From IMG/VR virus record IMGVR_UViG_3300036719_006047, positions 64,001 through 128,000 of that record: a stretch of 64,000 nucleotides of DNA; one strand, 5' to 3'. Source of the DNA: a virus. This document shows, one piece after another, positions 6,457 to 15,949 of the stretch (its first letter is position 1; each line of letters opens with the position of its first letter). Position numbers and translations under genes: made by a program. A model generated the notes under the pieces. The model made no database searches. It was not told where the DNA came from and saw only the letters and a list, made by a program, of their open reading frames with translations.

Positions 6457-8639
6457 TGAAACAGATTGTCGAGAGAGGCGATGTGGAGCTCCTCGCCGGC
6501 GGTGTCGCGGCTGTGGGAGCCTACAAGATTTCTGACCGAGAGGAGGATGTTGCTCTGCTGTCGGTCCTCTTGCGGCAGAAGCTTTACCTTGACCCCACGT
6601 GGGCCGCTGTCCGGGAGGTCGTCAGCAACGCGATCGACGCGCACGAAGCTGTCGGTCAGACGAAGAAAGTCAACATCCACTTCCCGACTTCGATGGACCC
6701 GACGTTCCGCGTGCGGGACTACGGGCCTGGTCTGTCGGAAGAAGATGTTCTCGGGCTGTACTTGACGTTCGGGTCCAGCACGAAGCGCAATTCCGATTCC
6801 CAGATCGGCGGCCTTGGCCTCGGCTGCAAAGCTCCGCTCGCTTACGCGGAGAGCATGTCTGTCGAAAGCCACCACGGCGGCGTCAAGAAGACCTACATGT
6901 TTTTCCGTGATCTGGGTGCGGCCGGCCAAGCCCACAAGGTCGCGGAGGAGCCCACGACAGAGACTGGCATCGAGGTCTCTTTTGCCGTCAAGCTCGCGGA
7001 CACGCATCTGTTGCAGACTTACGCCGCCAGGATGTTCCTGTGGCACGACCAGCTTCAGAGTAACGTGGAGATTCCCTCAGTGCCGGAGTCTTCGCGTAGA
7101 GGGGATTACATCGTGTTGCCGAATGACATGCTGCGCAGCACAGGCAGCTCGCTGCACGTTGCAATGGGCGGCATCATCTACCCGCTGCTGAGCGACAAGC
7201 TGATGGGCGGCTACGATTCGACTGAAGACGAGAGGGCCAAGTTAGAGCGAGTGCTCCGATTCTTGAATCACTTCAATCAGAAGTTGGTTCTTCTGCGGTC
7301 GGTGGGGTTTTGCCCAGTCTCTCCTTCTCGGGAGAACTTGGAGTACACCAAGAAGAGCACCATTGCGCTGCTCCGCTCGCTGGTAGAGTCCACGTCCGGC
7401 ATCTACGCCAAGACGCGAAAAGACTTCGTAAGCATGCCGTTTTGGCAGCAGCTCGCGATAAGTTATTTGTGCGGCAACAACCGCTCTTATGACGGAATGG
7501 GAACGCTCTCGTACATCCAGATGACGCACAAGGCGTCGTATCTCTTGGTCGACCCACAGCTCAGAATTGAGCTCAACGACAAGAAAAACGAACTTGTCCA
7601 GCTACTGGAAGCGTCGCTGAAGAAGCACAAGCTCACGCTGAAAGTTCTCGATTGGGAGAAGAAAGCCAAAGCTGTACCAGCGGAACGGATCTTCGTGGGT
7701 CCTTCTCGTCATCGTTCAGCGAGAAACCTGTTGAATGACGAGCCACCCACGCTCGTGTTGTGCGACAAACGCAACTACATTGAGCGCGGGTTCGGTCCGG
7801 GTTCCCTTCTTGTGGTTGCCAGCTCAGGGACTATCGCTGACACGGCGAAGGTTTTGGCTCTTTTCGCAGCGGAGCTGTCAGCTAAGCTCAAAGAGTTTGA
7901 GTTTCCTGCGTTTGAGTTTGTATACTGCTCGTCGCAGAAGCCTCCCGATAGGCAGAGATCGGCCACCAAGGCTCTGCGCCGCAAAAAGGGTTTTGTGTAC
8001 TACTGCAACACCATGAAGCTCTTTCGCGACGAGAACTACAAGGACTGCGACCGGTACGTGGCCGAGGACGACGACACCATCCCTTACGTGGTGGTGAACG
8101 AAACAACCGGAAAGTCTTACACAGGGGGCCTTCCTTCTGTCGAAGCGCTCGGATCTGTCATGCGGGCAGTGAATGAACCTTTTCCTGAAGTAGTGCGTGT
8201 ATTCTTCTCGGCCGAGACTCCCACGGGTCTGTCCTTGTTCGAGTTGTACAACAGGATGGGGGCAAAAGCCATTGCGAACAACTGGGATTTAGTTGTCAGG
8301 GAGGTGAAGCGCGTCGCCTACACGCCTACCACCAGAGACTTTGACGTTGTTGAATGTGTCAGTAAAGCATGTGGTTTGCCTCCTGACATGGAAGCTGTTG
8401 CGAACAACTACACCATTCCCCGATTGACTGGATCCATGAGCAGCGTCATGATCCAGCTTGACTACCACTCAAAGTGGATCACGCCTGATATGCACAAGGA
8501 ACTTGAGGCTGTCCGCGCGGAAGCAAGAAAGGCCATTGAGGCCATGCACAACAAGTACGCTTTGCTGTTTTTGGGTTTTTCCCACCATGATTCCAAGTCT
8601 GATCTGGAAAGTTACATCTCCCACCGCAACGAGGTCTGA
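6456..8639 (+). CDS. rIIA: rIIA-like protein (N-terminal GHKL ATPase)
   Basis: REVVSNAIDAH, VRDYGPGLS, STKRNS..QIGGLGLGCK; directly upstream of rIIB; TGATG coupling at 6454. Confidence 0.88.
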   Translation: MKQIVERGDVELLAGGVAAVGAYKISDREEDVALLSVLLRQKLYLDPTWAAVREVVSNAIDAHEAVGQTKKVNIHFPTSMDPTFRVRDYGPGLSEEDVLGLYLTFGSSTKRNSDSQIGGLGLGCKAPLAYAESMSVESHHGGVKKTYMFFRDLGAAGQAHKVAEEPTTETGIEVSFAVKLADTHLLQTYAARMFLWHDQLQSNVEIPSVPESSRRGDYIVLPNDMLRSTGSSLHVAMGGIIYPLLSDKLMGGYDSTEDERAKLERVLRFLNHFNQKLVLLRSVGFCPVSPSRENLEYTKKSTIALLRSLVESTSGIYAKTRKDFVSMPFWQQLAISYLCGNNRSYDGMGTLSYIQMTHKASYLLVDPQLRIELNDKKNELVQLLEASLKKHKLTLKVLDWEKKAKAVPAERIFVGPSRHRSARNLLNDEPPTLVLCDKRNYIERGFGPGSLLVVASSGTIADTAKVLALFAAELSAKLKEFEFPAFEFVYCSSQKPPDRQRSATKALRRKKGFVYYCNTMKLFRDENYKDCDRYVAEDDDTIPYVVVNETTGKSYTGGLPSVEALGSVMRAVNEPFPEVVRVFFSAETPTGLSLFELYNRMGAKAIANNWDLVVREVKRVAYTPTTRDFDVVECVSKACGLPPDMEAVANNYTIPRLTGSMSSVMIQLDYHSKWITPDMHKELEAVRAEARKAIEAMHNKYALLFLGFSHHDSKSDLESYISHRNEV

Positions 8640-8640
8640 C

Positions 8641-9726
<1,086 letters not shown>

Positions 9727-9769
9727 CCAGTGGGGGCTCCTTCGCCCTACGCAGACCGAGAGGATTACA

Positions 9770-10270
9770 ATGAATACCATCCTGTGCGTAGCCATGCATG
9801 TGCAGGAAGGACGCTTGCGTGGGCTCGGGGGAGCCCTCCTGGCTCGCCTTCCCGCTGGTTCTTGGGCTGTCATCGACGACGCCCTCTGGGAACACCCTGA
9901 GGGCATCAACTTTGCCGATGCGTGGCTTCTCTTTCTCGAATGGGCCCGCGGCCTGTCCCGAGGCGATAAGCCTGTGCTTGCTGTGTGGGGGCGTCAAACC
10001 CTCACACAGCTTCGGCGGAACTGCTACGAGTTTGAGCTTAGCTTCCCTTGGACAGATGACTTCGTGTACGACGTAAGGGAGGCAGTTTCTTGCCAGTACC
10101 CTGCCCTCGAACTCAACCAGATTCGCGTAGAGGCGGTCTGTCGAGACTTCGGTGTGGGGAATGGCGTCTACAACGTCCTTCTCGATGCTCGCGACCGCGC
10201 AAACGCTTTGGCGGGTGTCGCGAAGATGCTTCAGAATCACCGCTTGTTGGCCGCAGAAGCGGCAAAGTGA
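9770..10270 (+). CDS. Hypothetical protein, possibly a degenerate DEDDh 3'-5' exonuclease fold
   Basis: VWG..., FPW....YDVRE and DRANALAG resemble Exo II/III segments but catalytic residues are altered. Confidence 0.4.
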   Translation: MNTILCVAMHVQEGRLRGLGGALLARLPAGSWAVIDDALWEHPEGINFADAWLLFLEWARGLSRGDKPVLAVWGRQTLTQLRRNCYEFELSFPWTDDFVYDVREAVSCQYPALELNQIRVEAVCRDFGVGNGVYNVLLDARDRANALAGVAKMLQNHRLLAAEAAK

Positions 10271-10277
10271 GGCTCGT

Positions 10278-10676
10278 TTGAGCAAAGTTTTCGTGTGTCC
10301 CCACTGCGACGTGGAAGTTTCCCGGAAGAATGTTGATGTCCCGTATCGTGTTAACGCTCTGCCTGACGTGATCATCGTCGGCGCGAAGTTGGCTCAGTGC
10401 CCGGGATGCCAGGAATACTACTTTTGCGATCCAGCCCACTACCGCTACATGACGCAGTGCATTGCACGCTCGATCGCGCTTCGCCCCGGCCGGCTGACCG
10501 ACAGCGAAAAGTTGTTGCTCTTGCTGCGCTTCAAGAATCGTGTCGCGCCCGAGATGGCGCATATGTCAGAAGGTGCCGAAGCCAAGTACCGTGCGCTTCT
10601 GGCGGCAGTGCCTGTGACTGAGATCATGGCTGTCATGGCCATGCCACGCTGCAAAACTTTCACCATCACTCTGTAG
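10278..10676 (+). CDS. MqsA/YgiT-type zinc-ribbon protein (antitoxin-like)
   Basis: CPHC...VPY....DVII.GAKLAQCPGCQEYY then IARSIALRPGRLTDSE; TTG start after GAGG. Confidence 0.7.
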   Translation: MSKVFVCPHCDVEVSRKNVDVPYRVNALPDVIIVGAKLAQCPGCQEYYFCDPAHYRYMTQCIARSIALRPGRLTDSEKLLLLLRFKNRVAPEMAHMSEGAEAKYRALLAAVPVTEIMAVMAMPRCKTFTITL

Positions 10677-10684
10677 GAGACGCC

Positions 10685-11146
10685 ATGAAGAAGAAAGACG
10701 CGGAAGCTGTGTTTCGTGGGCTCGCCGAGGAAGTCCGCCGGCGCAAGAATGAAGGGGAAAGCATCCCCCACATCTTCTTCCTGCTGGTTCCTGGCGTGCA
10801 GCCACTGATGATCGATGTGTCTGAGTTGCTGCGACTGCAGCCGGATCTGACGAAAGACGAGGTGGCTCAGTTCGTCAAGCTCGCGAGCTTGAACACGGGT
10901 GCTCGCTACGTCATTCAGATGACGGAAGCGTGGTGCCTCACGACGCACCAACACCCTGGCGACATCGAGATCTCGAAGCACCCCGACCGCCAGGAGATCA
11001 TCATGCTCACGGTCGACGGCGTCGACTACAACAGCACCATCATGATGGCCATCGAGAACGACCGCGTAGTCGGCGAGAACAAGGAAGTTGTCGGCACCTT
11101 CGACGGGCGCTTCTCCAACATGTCCGGCAACGTGGGGATCAACTGA
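10685..11146 (+). CDS. Hypothetical protein
   Basis: GGAG RBS, 153 aa. Confidence 0.8.
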   Translation: MKKKDAEAVFRGLAEEVRRRKNEGESIPHIFFLLVPGVQPLMIDVSELLRLQPDLTKDEVAQFVKLASLNTGARYVIQMTEAWCLTTHQHPGDIEISKHPDRQEIIMLTVDGVDYNSTIMMAIENDRVVGENKEVVGTFDGRFSNMSGNVGIN

Positions 11147-11706
11147 TGCAGATCACGTTTCATCAAGCCGACATGCTCGAACTCGGCAAGAACGAAGCGG
11201 CCAAGGGCAAAATCACTGTCGTGCACGCGTTCTCGAGCGAGGACCAGTACCGCGGTAGCGGTCAGCTCGGACACCTGCTGCGAAACACCAGCCTCAAGAA
11301 CCGTTCGCCTCCCGACGGCATCTACCCCATCGGCGAAAAAGAGGTGAAGACCTACTGCTTGTCAGCCTCCCACGACCAGTCGGGGACAGAGATGTTCTTC
11401 GTGTTCTCGCCGTGCGTGAAGTGGGGTGTGTCGAAGATGACCTACGATGAGAAAGTCGAGGTCATGGAAGCGAGGGCTTCGGCTGTTCGGGCAGCGGCGA
11501 TGAGCCTGAACGCAGAGACGCTTGTGTTGGGCGCTTGGGGCTGCGGCATCTACGGTGTGCCTGACCGTGTGTCTGCTCAAGTCCAGTTCGACAAGATCCT
11601 GACGGGAGGTGGTTTCAAGTCCGTCCTGTTCGGCTTCACTGACCGCAGACAGCGCCTCGCGTTCGAGCTGGAGCGCAATGCCTGGCAGAAGAAGTCTCAA
11701 GCATGA
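11146..11706 (+). CDS. Macro-fold protein, DUF2263/bacterial PARG-like
   Basis: TLVLGAWGCGIYG motif, FKSVLFGF; TGATG coupling. Confidence 0.7.
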   Translation: MQITFHQADMLELGKNEAAKGKITVVHAFSSEDQYRGSGQLGHLLRNTSLKNRSPPDGIYPIGEKEVKTYCLSASHDQSGTEMFFVFSPCVKWGVSKMTYDEKVEVMEARASAVRAAAMSLNAETLVLGAWGCGIYGVPDRVSAQVQFDKILTGGGFKSVLFGFTDRRQRLAFELERNAWQKKSQA

Positions 11707-12005
11707 AAGAAGCTGATTACACATCTGCGTTGATCGCGATGACTGCTTGTTTCGTCATTGCAAGCCTTGTGCTGCGGCGAGTTCAGGCCAAGGCGAAGGA
11801 CACAGAACTAACGCAAATGATCGACTCTGCGGCTGAAGTAGTCATGCTTTCGATGTACTTCGCAGGAACTGTTGTGGTGGCTGTCGTTGCGAGCGAAGTC
11901 TTGCCGCAATGGGCCACCCTTCCTGTGGTAGAGCTGTGGATGTGGTTGTATGTCTATCCAGTGATCGCCTTGACGAAAGCTATTTTGCGAGTTCACAAGC
12001 CATGA
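11703..12005 (+). CDS. Membrane protein (~3 TM)
   Basis: Three hydrophobic stretches; ATGA overlap. Confidence 0.7.
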   Translation: MKEADYTSALIAMTACFVIASLVLRRVQAKAKDTELTQMIDSAAEVVMLSMYFAGTVVVAVVASEVLPQWATLPVVELWMWLYVYPVIALTKAILRVHKP

Positions 12006-12244
12006 CGCCCCTGTCCGTATTCGTAATCTGCTTTATAGTCCTGCGAAACGTGAAGAACAGTTCGCAGGCAACAGGCTACGCAAAGATGATCAACTACGTC
12101 GTTGGCGTTCAGGCCGTCAACACAGTATACGTCATCGTGTCTCGTGTTGTCGGCCATAAGCCAACGGTCGCAGAAGTGATTGCATTGAGCTTGCCTTTCC
12201 TGTACGTGGCCAAGCTCGAACTCGAAATCAAGAAGGAGAAGTGA
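12002..12244 (+). CDS. Membrane protein (2-3 TM)
   Basis: ATG 12002 overlapping previous stop; hydrophobic. Confidence 0.65.
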   Translation: MTPLSVFVICFIVLRNVKNSSQATGYAKMINYVVGVQAVNTVYVIVSRVVGHKPTVAEVIALSLPFLYVAKLELEIKKEK

Positions 12245-12573
12245 ACATGACCCCTCTGGACCTCGAGCGGCTTGCCGTTCGCATCGAATCCCTCGTCAAC
12301 ACTTCCACAAACGGCTGGTCGGCAAGTGAAGCGTTCGATATGCTTCGCCTTCTGCCGGACCCTTCTGACGCAGAAGGTCGTGTCCGACTGCCGCAGACGA
12401 AGCGTCTTCGTGAAGCAGCAAAAAGGCAGGCTCCTTTCCCGACTCCGGTCGACTACCAGAGATGGCTTCGAGCCTGCATGGATCTCGAGCATCATGTGTC
12501 GCGCAACCGCCCCGGCAGTCCGACCCGCATGATGCGGGAAGCCATGCGCGGTCGCTTCCCCCTCACTAGGTAG
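12241..12573 (+). CDS. Hypothetical protein
   Basis: GGAG RBS, ~110 aa. Confidence 0.75.
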   Translation: MNMTPLDLERLAVRIESLVNTSTNGWSASEAFDMLRLLPDPSDAEGRVRLPQTKRLREAAKRQAPFPTPVDYQRWLRACMDLEHHVSRNRPGSPTRMMREAMRGRFPLTR

Positions 12574-12589
12574 GAAACAGGAATACACA

Positions 12590-13126
12590 ATGCCGAACGC
12601 AACGACATCTCAGTCTTCGCATCTTTCCCGCCTTCTTCGAGAGGCGGCCGATACCATCGACACTCTGGCGGCGAATCGATCGCAGGAAGTAGAACTCAAG
12701 AAGATTTACGAGCTGCTCGAATGGTCCGGATTCCCTGTTCAGGCCGACGTAGACAAGGCGACAGAGGACGACTTCGTTCGCTCAGTTCGGGCTCTGGCGA
12801 GAAGCAGAGAGAGCATCAGTCACGATTACGAAGCCCTGAAGCTCGAACTCGCCAAACTCCGCGAGACCATCGACCTGGCCAGCCGAACGCTGACTGCTTA
12901 CGGATTCGGTGAATGCCAGCGCACGGCCCCCAGCGTGAATCACCTCGCCGATGCCATCTCCTCCATGCGAATGGCACACTTGACCACCATTCAAGGCCAA
13001 GAGAGAAGGATCGCAGAGCACCGCAATCGGGCTGACACGAACCAAGACCGGGCGCGCGATCTCGAAAAAGAAGTCGAAAGGATGAAGGCTGGGCTGCGAA
13101 ATCTCATCACGGACAACAACAAGTAA
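12590..13126 (+). CDS. Coiled-coil hypothetical protein
   Basis: Heptad-rich, 178 aa. Confidence 0.75.
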   Translation: MPNATTSQSSHLSRLLREAADTIDTLAANRSQEVELKKIYELLEWSGFPVQADVDKATEDDFVRSVRALARSRESISHDYEALKLELAKLRETIDLASRTLTAYGFGECQRTAPSVNHLADAISSMRMAHLTTIQGQERRIAEHRNRADTNQDRARDLEKEVERMKAGLRNLITDNNK

Positions 13127-13136
13127 GGGTGCCAAC

Positions 13137-13334
13137 ATGGAAGTAGCTGTCGCTGTCATCGTCGTTTGCTTTGTGCTCTACGTCTTGTTGGATCTGTACT
13201 CGCACTTCTCCAATCGCGCAGAAGAGGAGCGCCGCCAGAGACAGGCGCAGGAGCTGATCAACGAGGCGAAACTCAGACTCGAAGAAGCAGAACGCAACAC
13301 CAGAGAAGTGCTGGACCTGTACAACAAGAAGTAG
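13137..13334 (+). CDS. Small membrane-anchored coiled-coil protein
   Basis: N-terminal TM helix plus charged coil. Confidence 0.7.
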   Translation: MEVAVAVIVVCFVLYVLLDLYSHFSNRAEEERRQRQAQELINEAKLRLEEAERNTREVLDLYNKK

Positions 13335-13403
13335 CGCAACAAACATAACGACAGTTTTGCGACCCGCATTGCGACATCTCTTTGAGTATTCGAGGTATGA
13401 CGT

Positions 13404-13502
13404 GTGCGAAGTATATCAGTCGCGGAATTGAAGGCTGCCCACAAAGCTCTTGCGGATCGGCTGCAAGAAGGTGTCTACGATTACGGCTTTTTGCGCAAGT
13501 AA
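13404..13502 (+). CDS. Small ORF not in the track (MRSISVAELKAAHKALADRLQEGVYDYGFLRK)
   Basis: GAGGT RBS 7 nt before GTG; amphipathic 32 aa. Confidence 0.45.
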   Translation: MRSISVAELKAAHKALADRLQEGVYDYGFLRK

Positions 13503-13531
13503 GCAACAACAAAACCACGAAGGACGAAGAA

Positions 13532-13813
13532 ATGAAGAACAGAATCATCAGCATCGGACTTGCGTTTGTGCTTTCCTGCACCGGCGAGAACCCTGAGTAC
13601 GACTTGGGGTTTGAGCAGGGCTGTGAGAGCGGCCGGTATGACGCGTACAACTGCTACGCGAAGAACCCGCGGATCGACGGCCTCGAAAAGGAGGAGAGCG
13701 AATACGCTGAAGGGTTTTACGAAGGGTATGTCGACTGCTACGACGCTGCTGTGCTGCTGTCGAGCTGCAATGACTGGCAGACGAACAACGCCTGCAACGC
13801 CTGCGCAGAATAG
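13532..13813 (+). CDS. Predicted lipoprotein, Cys/Tyr-rich
   Basis: MKNRIISIGLAFVLS-C lipobox; Y..GF..G repeats. Confidence 0.7.
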   Translation: MKNRIISIGLAFVLSCTGENPEYDLGFEQGCESGRYDAYNCYAKNPRIDGLEKEESEYAEGFYEGYVDCYDAAVLLSSCNDWQTNNACNACAE

Positions 13814-13933
13814 ACCTTCACCAAGAACGCGACAGAGGAAGAGCTTTTCAGTTACCTTTCTGCTTTCTGGAGCACGCGGGGCGGCAAACTCATGCAGTCT
13901 CGCTTTATCGACAGCTAACACAAGAGGTGATTT

Positions 13934-14728
13934 ATGGCGTACAAGAAATCTGGTCCTCCTGAGTGGGTTCTTGCGGCTCGCCCCCTTCTCGGGACGATGC
14001 GGGACCCCGAGCTCGCCCGAATGCTCGGCGTCAACAAGGGCACGCTTCGCGCCCTCCGTCTGCGCGAAGGCATTGCGATGAGTCCGGACATTCCGAGAAT
14101 CAAGCGAAGGAAGCCTGATGCCGAGGCTATGGCTTACGCAGACGAGAAGCATCCCGGAATCCTGGAGAAAGTAGGTCTTTTGTCGGACACTGACATCGCA
14201 AAGGAATACGGAATCTCGAGAGCACGGGTCCGAAACATCAGAAACCGGACCAACAAGAAGTCACCGGCCTCAAACGTCTTTTTCCCGAATCGCTTGGATC
14301 TGCCCCAAAGCGAAGTCGACAGGATCGGCAAAGAGCCTGACGCGAAGCTGGCGAAAGAGTGGGGCGTCTCCGCTTCTTCCGTCTGCAGATGGAGAAAACT
14401 CAACAGAATTGAGACCTTCGAGAACAACGATGCGTGGCTGAAGATTGCAGCAGCCCACGATCGCGTGGGGCAGGTGTCTGATCTCAAGCTGTCGTTGGAG
14501 TTGCAGGTTTCGCCACACACTATCATGAAGTACCGCAAAAAGCACAACATCAAGCCTGTGCGTGCTTCGCCTGCTTCAGAACACTTCGTGATTGTCGATA
14601 AGGACGAACTGAAGAGGCTGATCGACGAAGGAAAGAGTATCAAAGAGATCGCAACGCACTTCAACAGAAGCCCCGCTTGCATTCACGCCCACAAGAAGAG
14701 CTTGGGCCTTACCCGGAAAAAACCATGA
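13934..14728 (+). CDS. Protein with five tandem HTH-like repeats
   Basis: Repeats of hG..sD..hA..hGhS...V...R; GAGGT RBS. Confidence 0.8.
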   Translation: MAYKKSGPPEWVLAARPLLGTMRDPELARMLGVNKGTLRALRLREGIAMSPDIPRIKRRKPDAEAMAYADEKHPGILEKVGLLSDTDIAKEYGISRARVRNIRNRTNKKSPASNVFFPNRLDLPQSEVDRIGKEPDAKLAKEWGVSASSVCRWRKLNRIETFENNDAWLKIAAAHDRVGQVSDLKLSLELQVSPHTIMKYRKKHNIKPVRASPASEHFVIVDKDELKRLIDEGKSIKEIATHFNRSPACIHAHKKSLGLTRKKP

Positions 14729-15081
14729 ACAACGACACAAATCTTATGCGCGTCTGCAATGTCATTCGGCTGCTTCTCAACTTGGCCGATGACATCGAGA
14801 AATACTCTTTGCCCCCTGAGGGTATCAAAGCGAACGCCGCGAGCCTCCGTCATGTTATCATGCACTGGTGCGGAGAGTGCAAAGAGCTGAACTTCGTCAG
14901 AATCATGGAAATCTTCTTGTCGGAAGATGCTCGTGTAGTAGAGACCCCGATGCTGTTGGCGGCTGCCATTGCGCGCTACGGAGGCTACATGGAGAGATCG
15001 GGCAACTTCAACGACAAACTCGAAAAAGTGATTGCGCAGACCTTGTGGAACCTCACTGTTATCACGGAAGGAACACAATGA
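14725..15081 (+). CDS. Hypothetical protein
   Basis: ATGA overlap, 118 aa. Confidence 0.7.
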   Translation: MNNDTNLMRVCNVIRLLLNLADDIEKYSLPPEGIKANAASLRHVIMHWCGECKELNFVRIMEIFLSEDARVVETPMLLAAAIARYGGYMERSGNFNDKLEKVIAQTLWNLTVITEGTQ

Positions 15082-15311
15082 GCCCGTCAGAGAGAGCAGC
15101 CCGGAACTTCACCCGGACGCGAGGCAAAGCTGCCTTTAGACTGTTCATACAGATGCTCTGCGAGAAGCAGAGTGGCACGGACATCGGGAAGCAGTTCGGC
15201 GTCTCCCGAGAACGCGTCAGACAGTGGAAAGAGATTTTCGGGACTACGATTTCGATCTACCAACCTCACGCAGAAGTGATGCGTGTTATCGGAGGCGGCA
15301 ATGGACATTGA
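15078..15311 (+). CDS. Small HTH protein (sigma region-4-like helix)
   Basis: GTDIGKQFGVSRERVRQW. Confidence 0.75.
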   Translation: MSPSERAARNFTRTRGKAAFRLFIQMLCEKQSGTDIGKQFGVSRERVRQWKEIFGTTISIYQPHAEVMRVIGGGNGH

Positions 15312-15648
15312 CGAGATCAAGAAGAACTTCATCGAGATGAAAGAGAGACGAGATGAGCAAGAGCTGCGGCTTCAGCAAGGTCGCGACACCTTGTGGCTCG
15401 CCAACAAGATCCGCGAAATCCAGCACAATTCTCGCGCCAACGCGCAAGACATGATCGCGCTGGTCGAGGGTGATTCTCCTGATGAGTGCCGCCGCAGGCT
15501 CAAGCTTCTTGCGGAAGAGCTTCGCCTCGATCTCAGCAAGGGCGCGAACCTCAAGGTCCAAGAGATCCCACTGCACGCGAGACGCAGCCACTCTCCGAGC
15601 CCGTTCCTGATCCAATGCAGCCTCGAAGACTTTATTGCGATGTTCTGA
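15301..15648 (+). CDS. Hypothetical coiled-coil protein
   Basis: GGAGG RBS, 115 aa. Confidence 0.7.
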   Translation: MDIDEIKKNFIEMKERRDEQELRLQQGRDTLWLANKIREIQHNSRANAQDMIALVEGDSPDECRRRLKLLAEELRLDLSKGANLKVQEIPLHARRSHSPSPFLIQCSLEDFIAMF

Positions 15649-15675
15649 GTCCTGAGTACAGTACGAGAGGTAAAC

Positions 15676-15948
15676 ATGTTGAACGCGATTAGCCTGAACG
15701 AAGTGTTTTTCCACGCAACCCGGCTGGGGCTTAGCTTGTTTGACATCGTCGAAGACGCGGAAGAGCAGACGATTACTGCTGTCTTTCGCGGCAACGAGAG
15801 AATGGCGTTGGTTACGGTGTTCTTAGACGGGGAAGTTATCGTTAGCTGGAAAGCGGAAAAGCCCGTCTTTGTCGAGATACAGCCCGGAAGAACAGCGGCT
15901 CTCGACGCTGCTACCCGAGTACAGTCCTACCTTGCCACAGGAGAGTGA
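15676..15948 (+). CDS. Hypothetical protein
   Basis: GAGGT RBS, 90 aa. Confidence 0.75.
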   Translation: MLNAISLNEVFFHATRLGLSLFDIVEDAEEQTITAVFRGNERMALVTVFLDGEVIVSWKAEKPVFVEIQPGRTAALDAATRVQSYLATGE

Positions 15949-15949
15949 C

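Noticed and set aside
11703-12244. Holin/antiholin pair
   Set aside because: Only hydrophobicity supports it; there is no adjacent endolysin or spanin and no dual-start motif.
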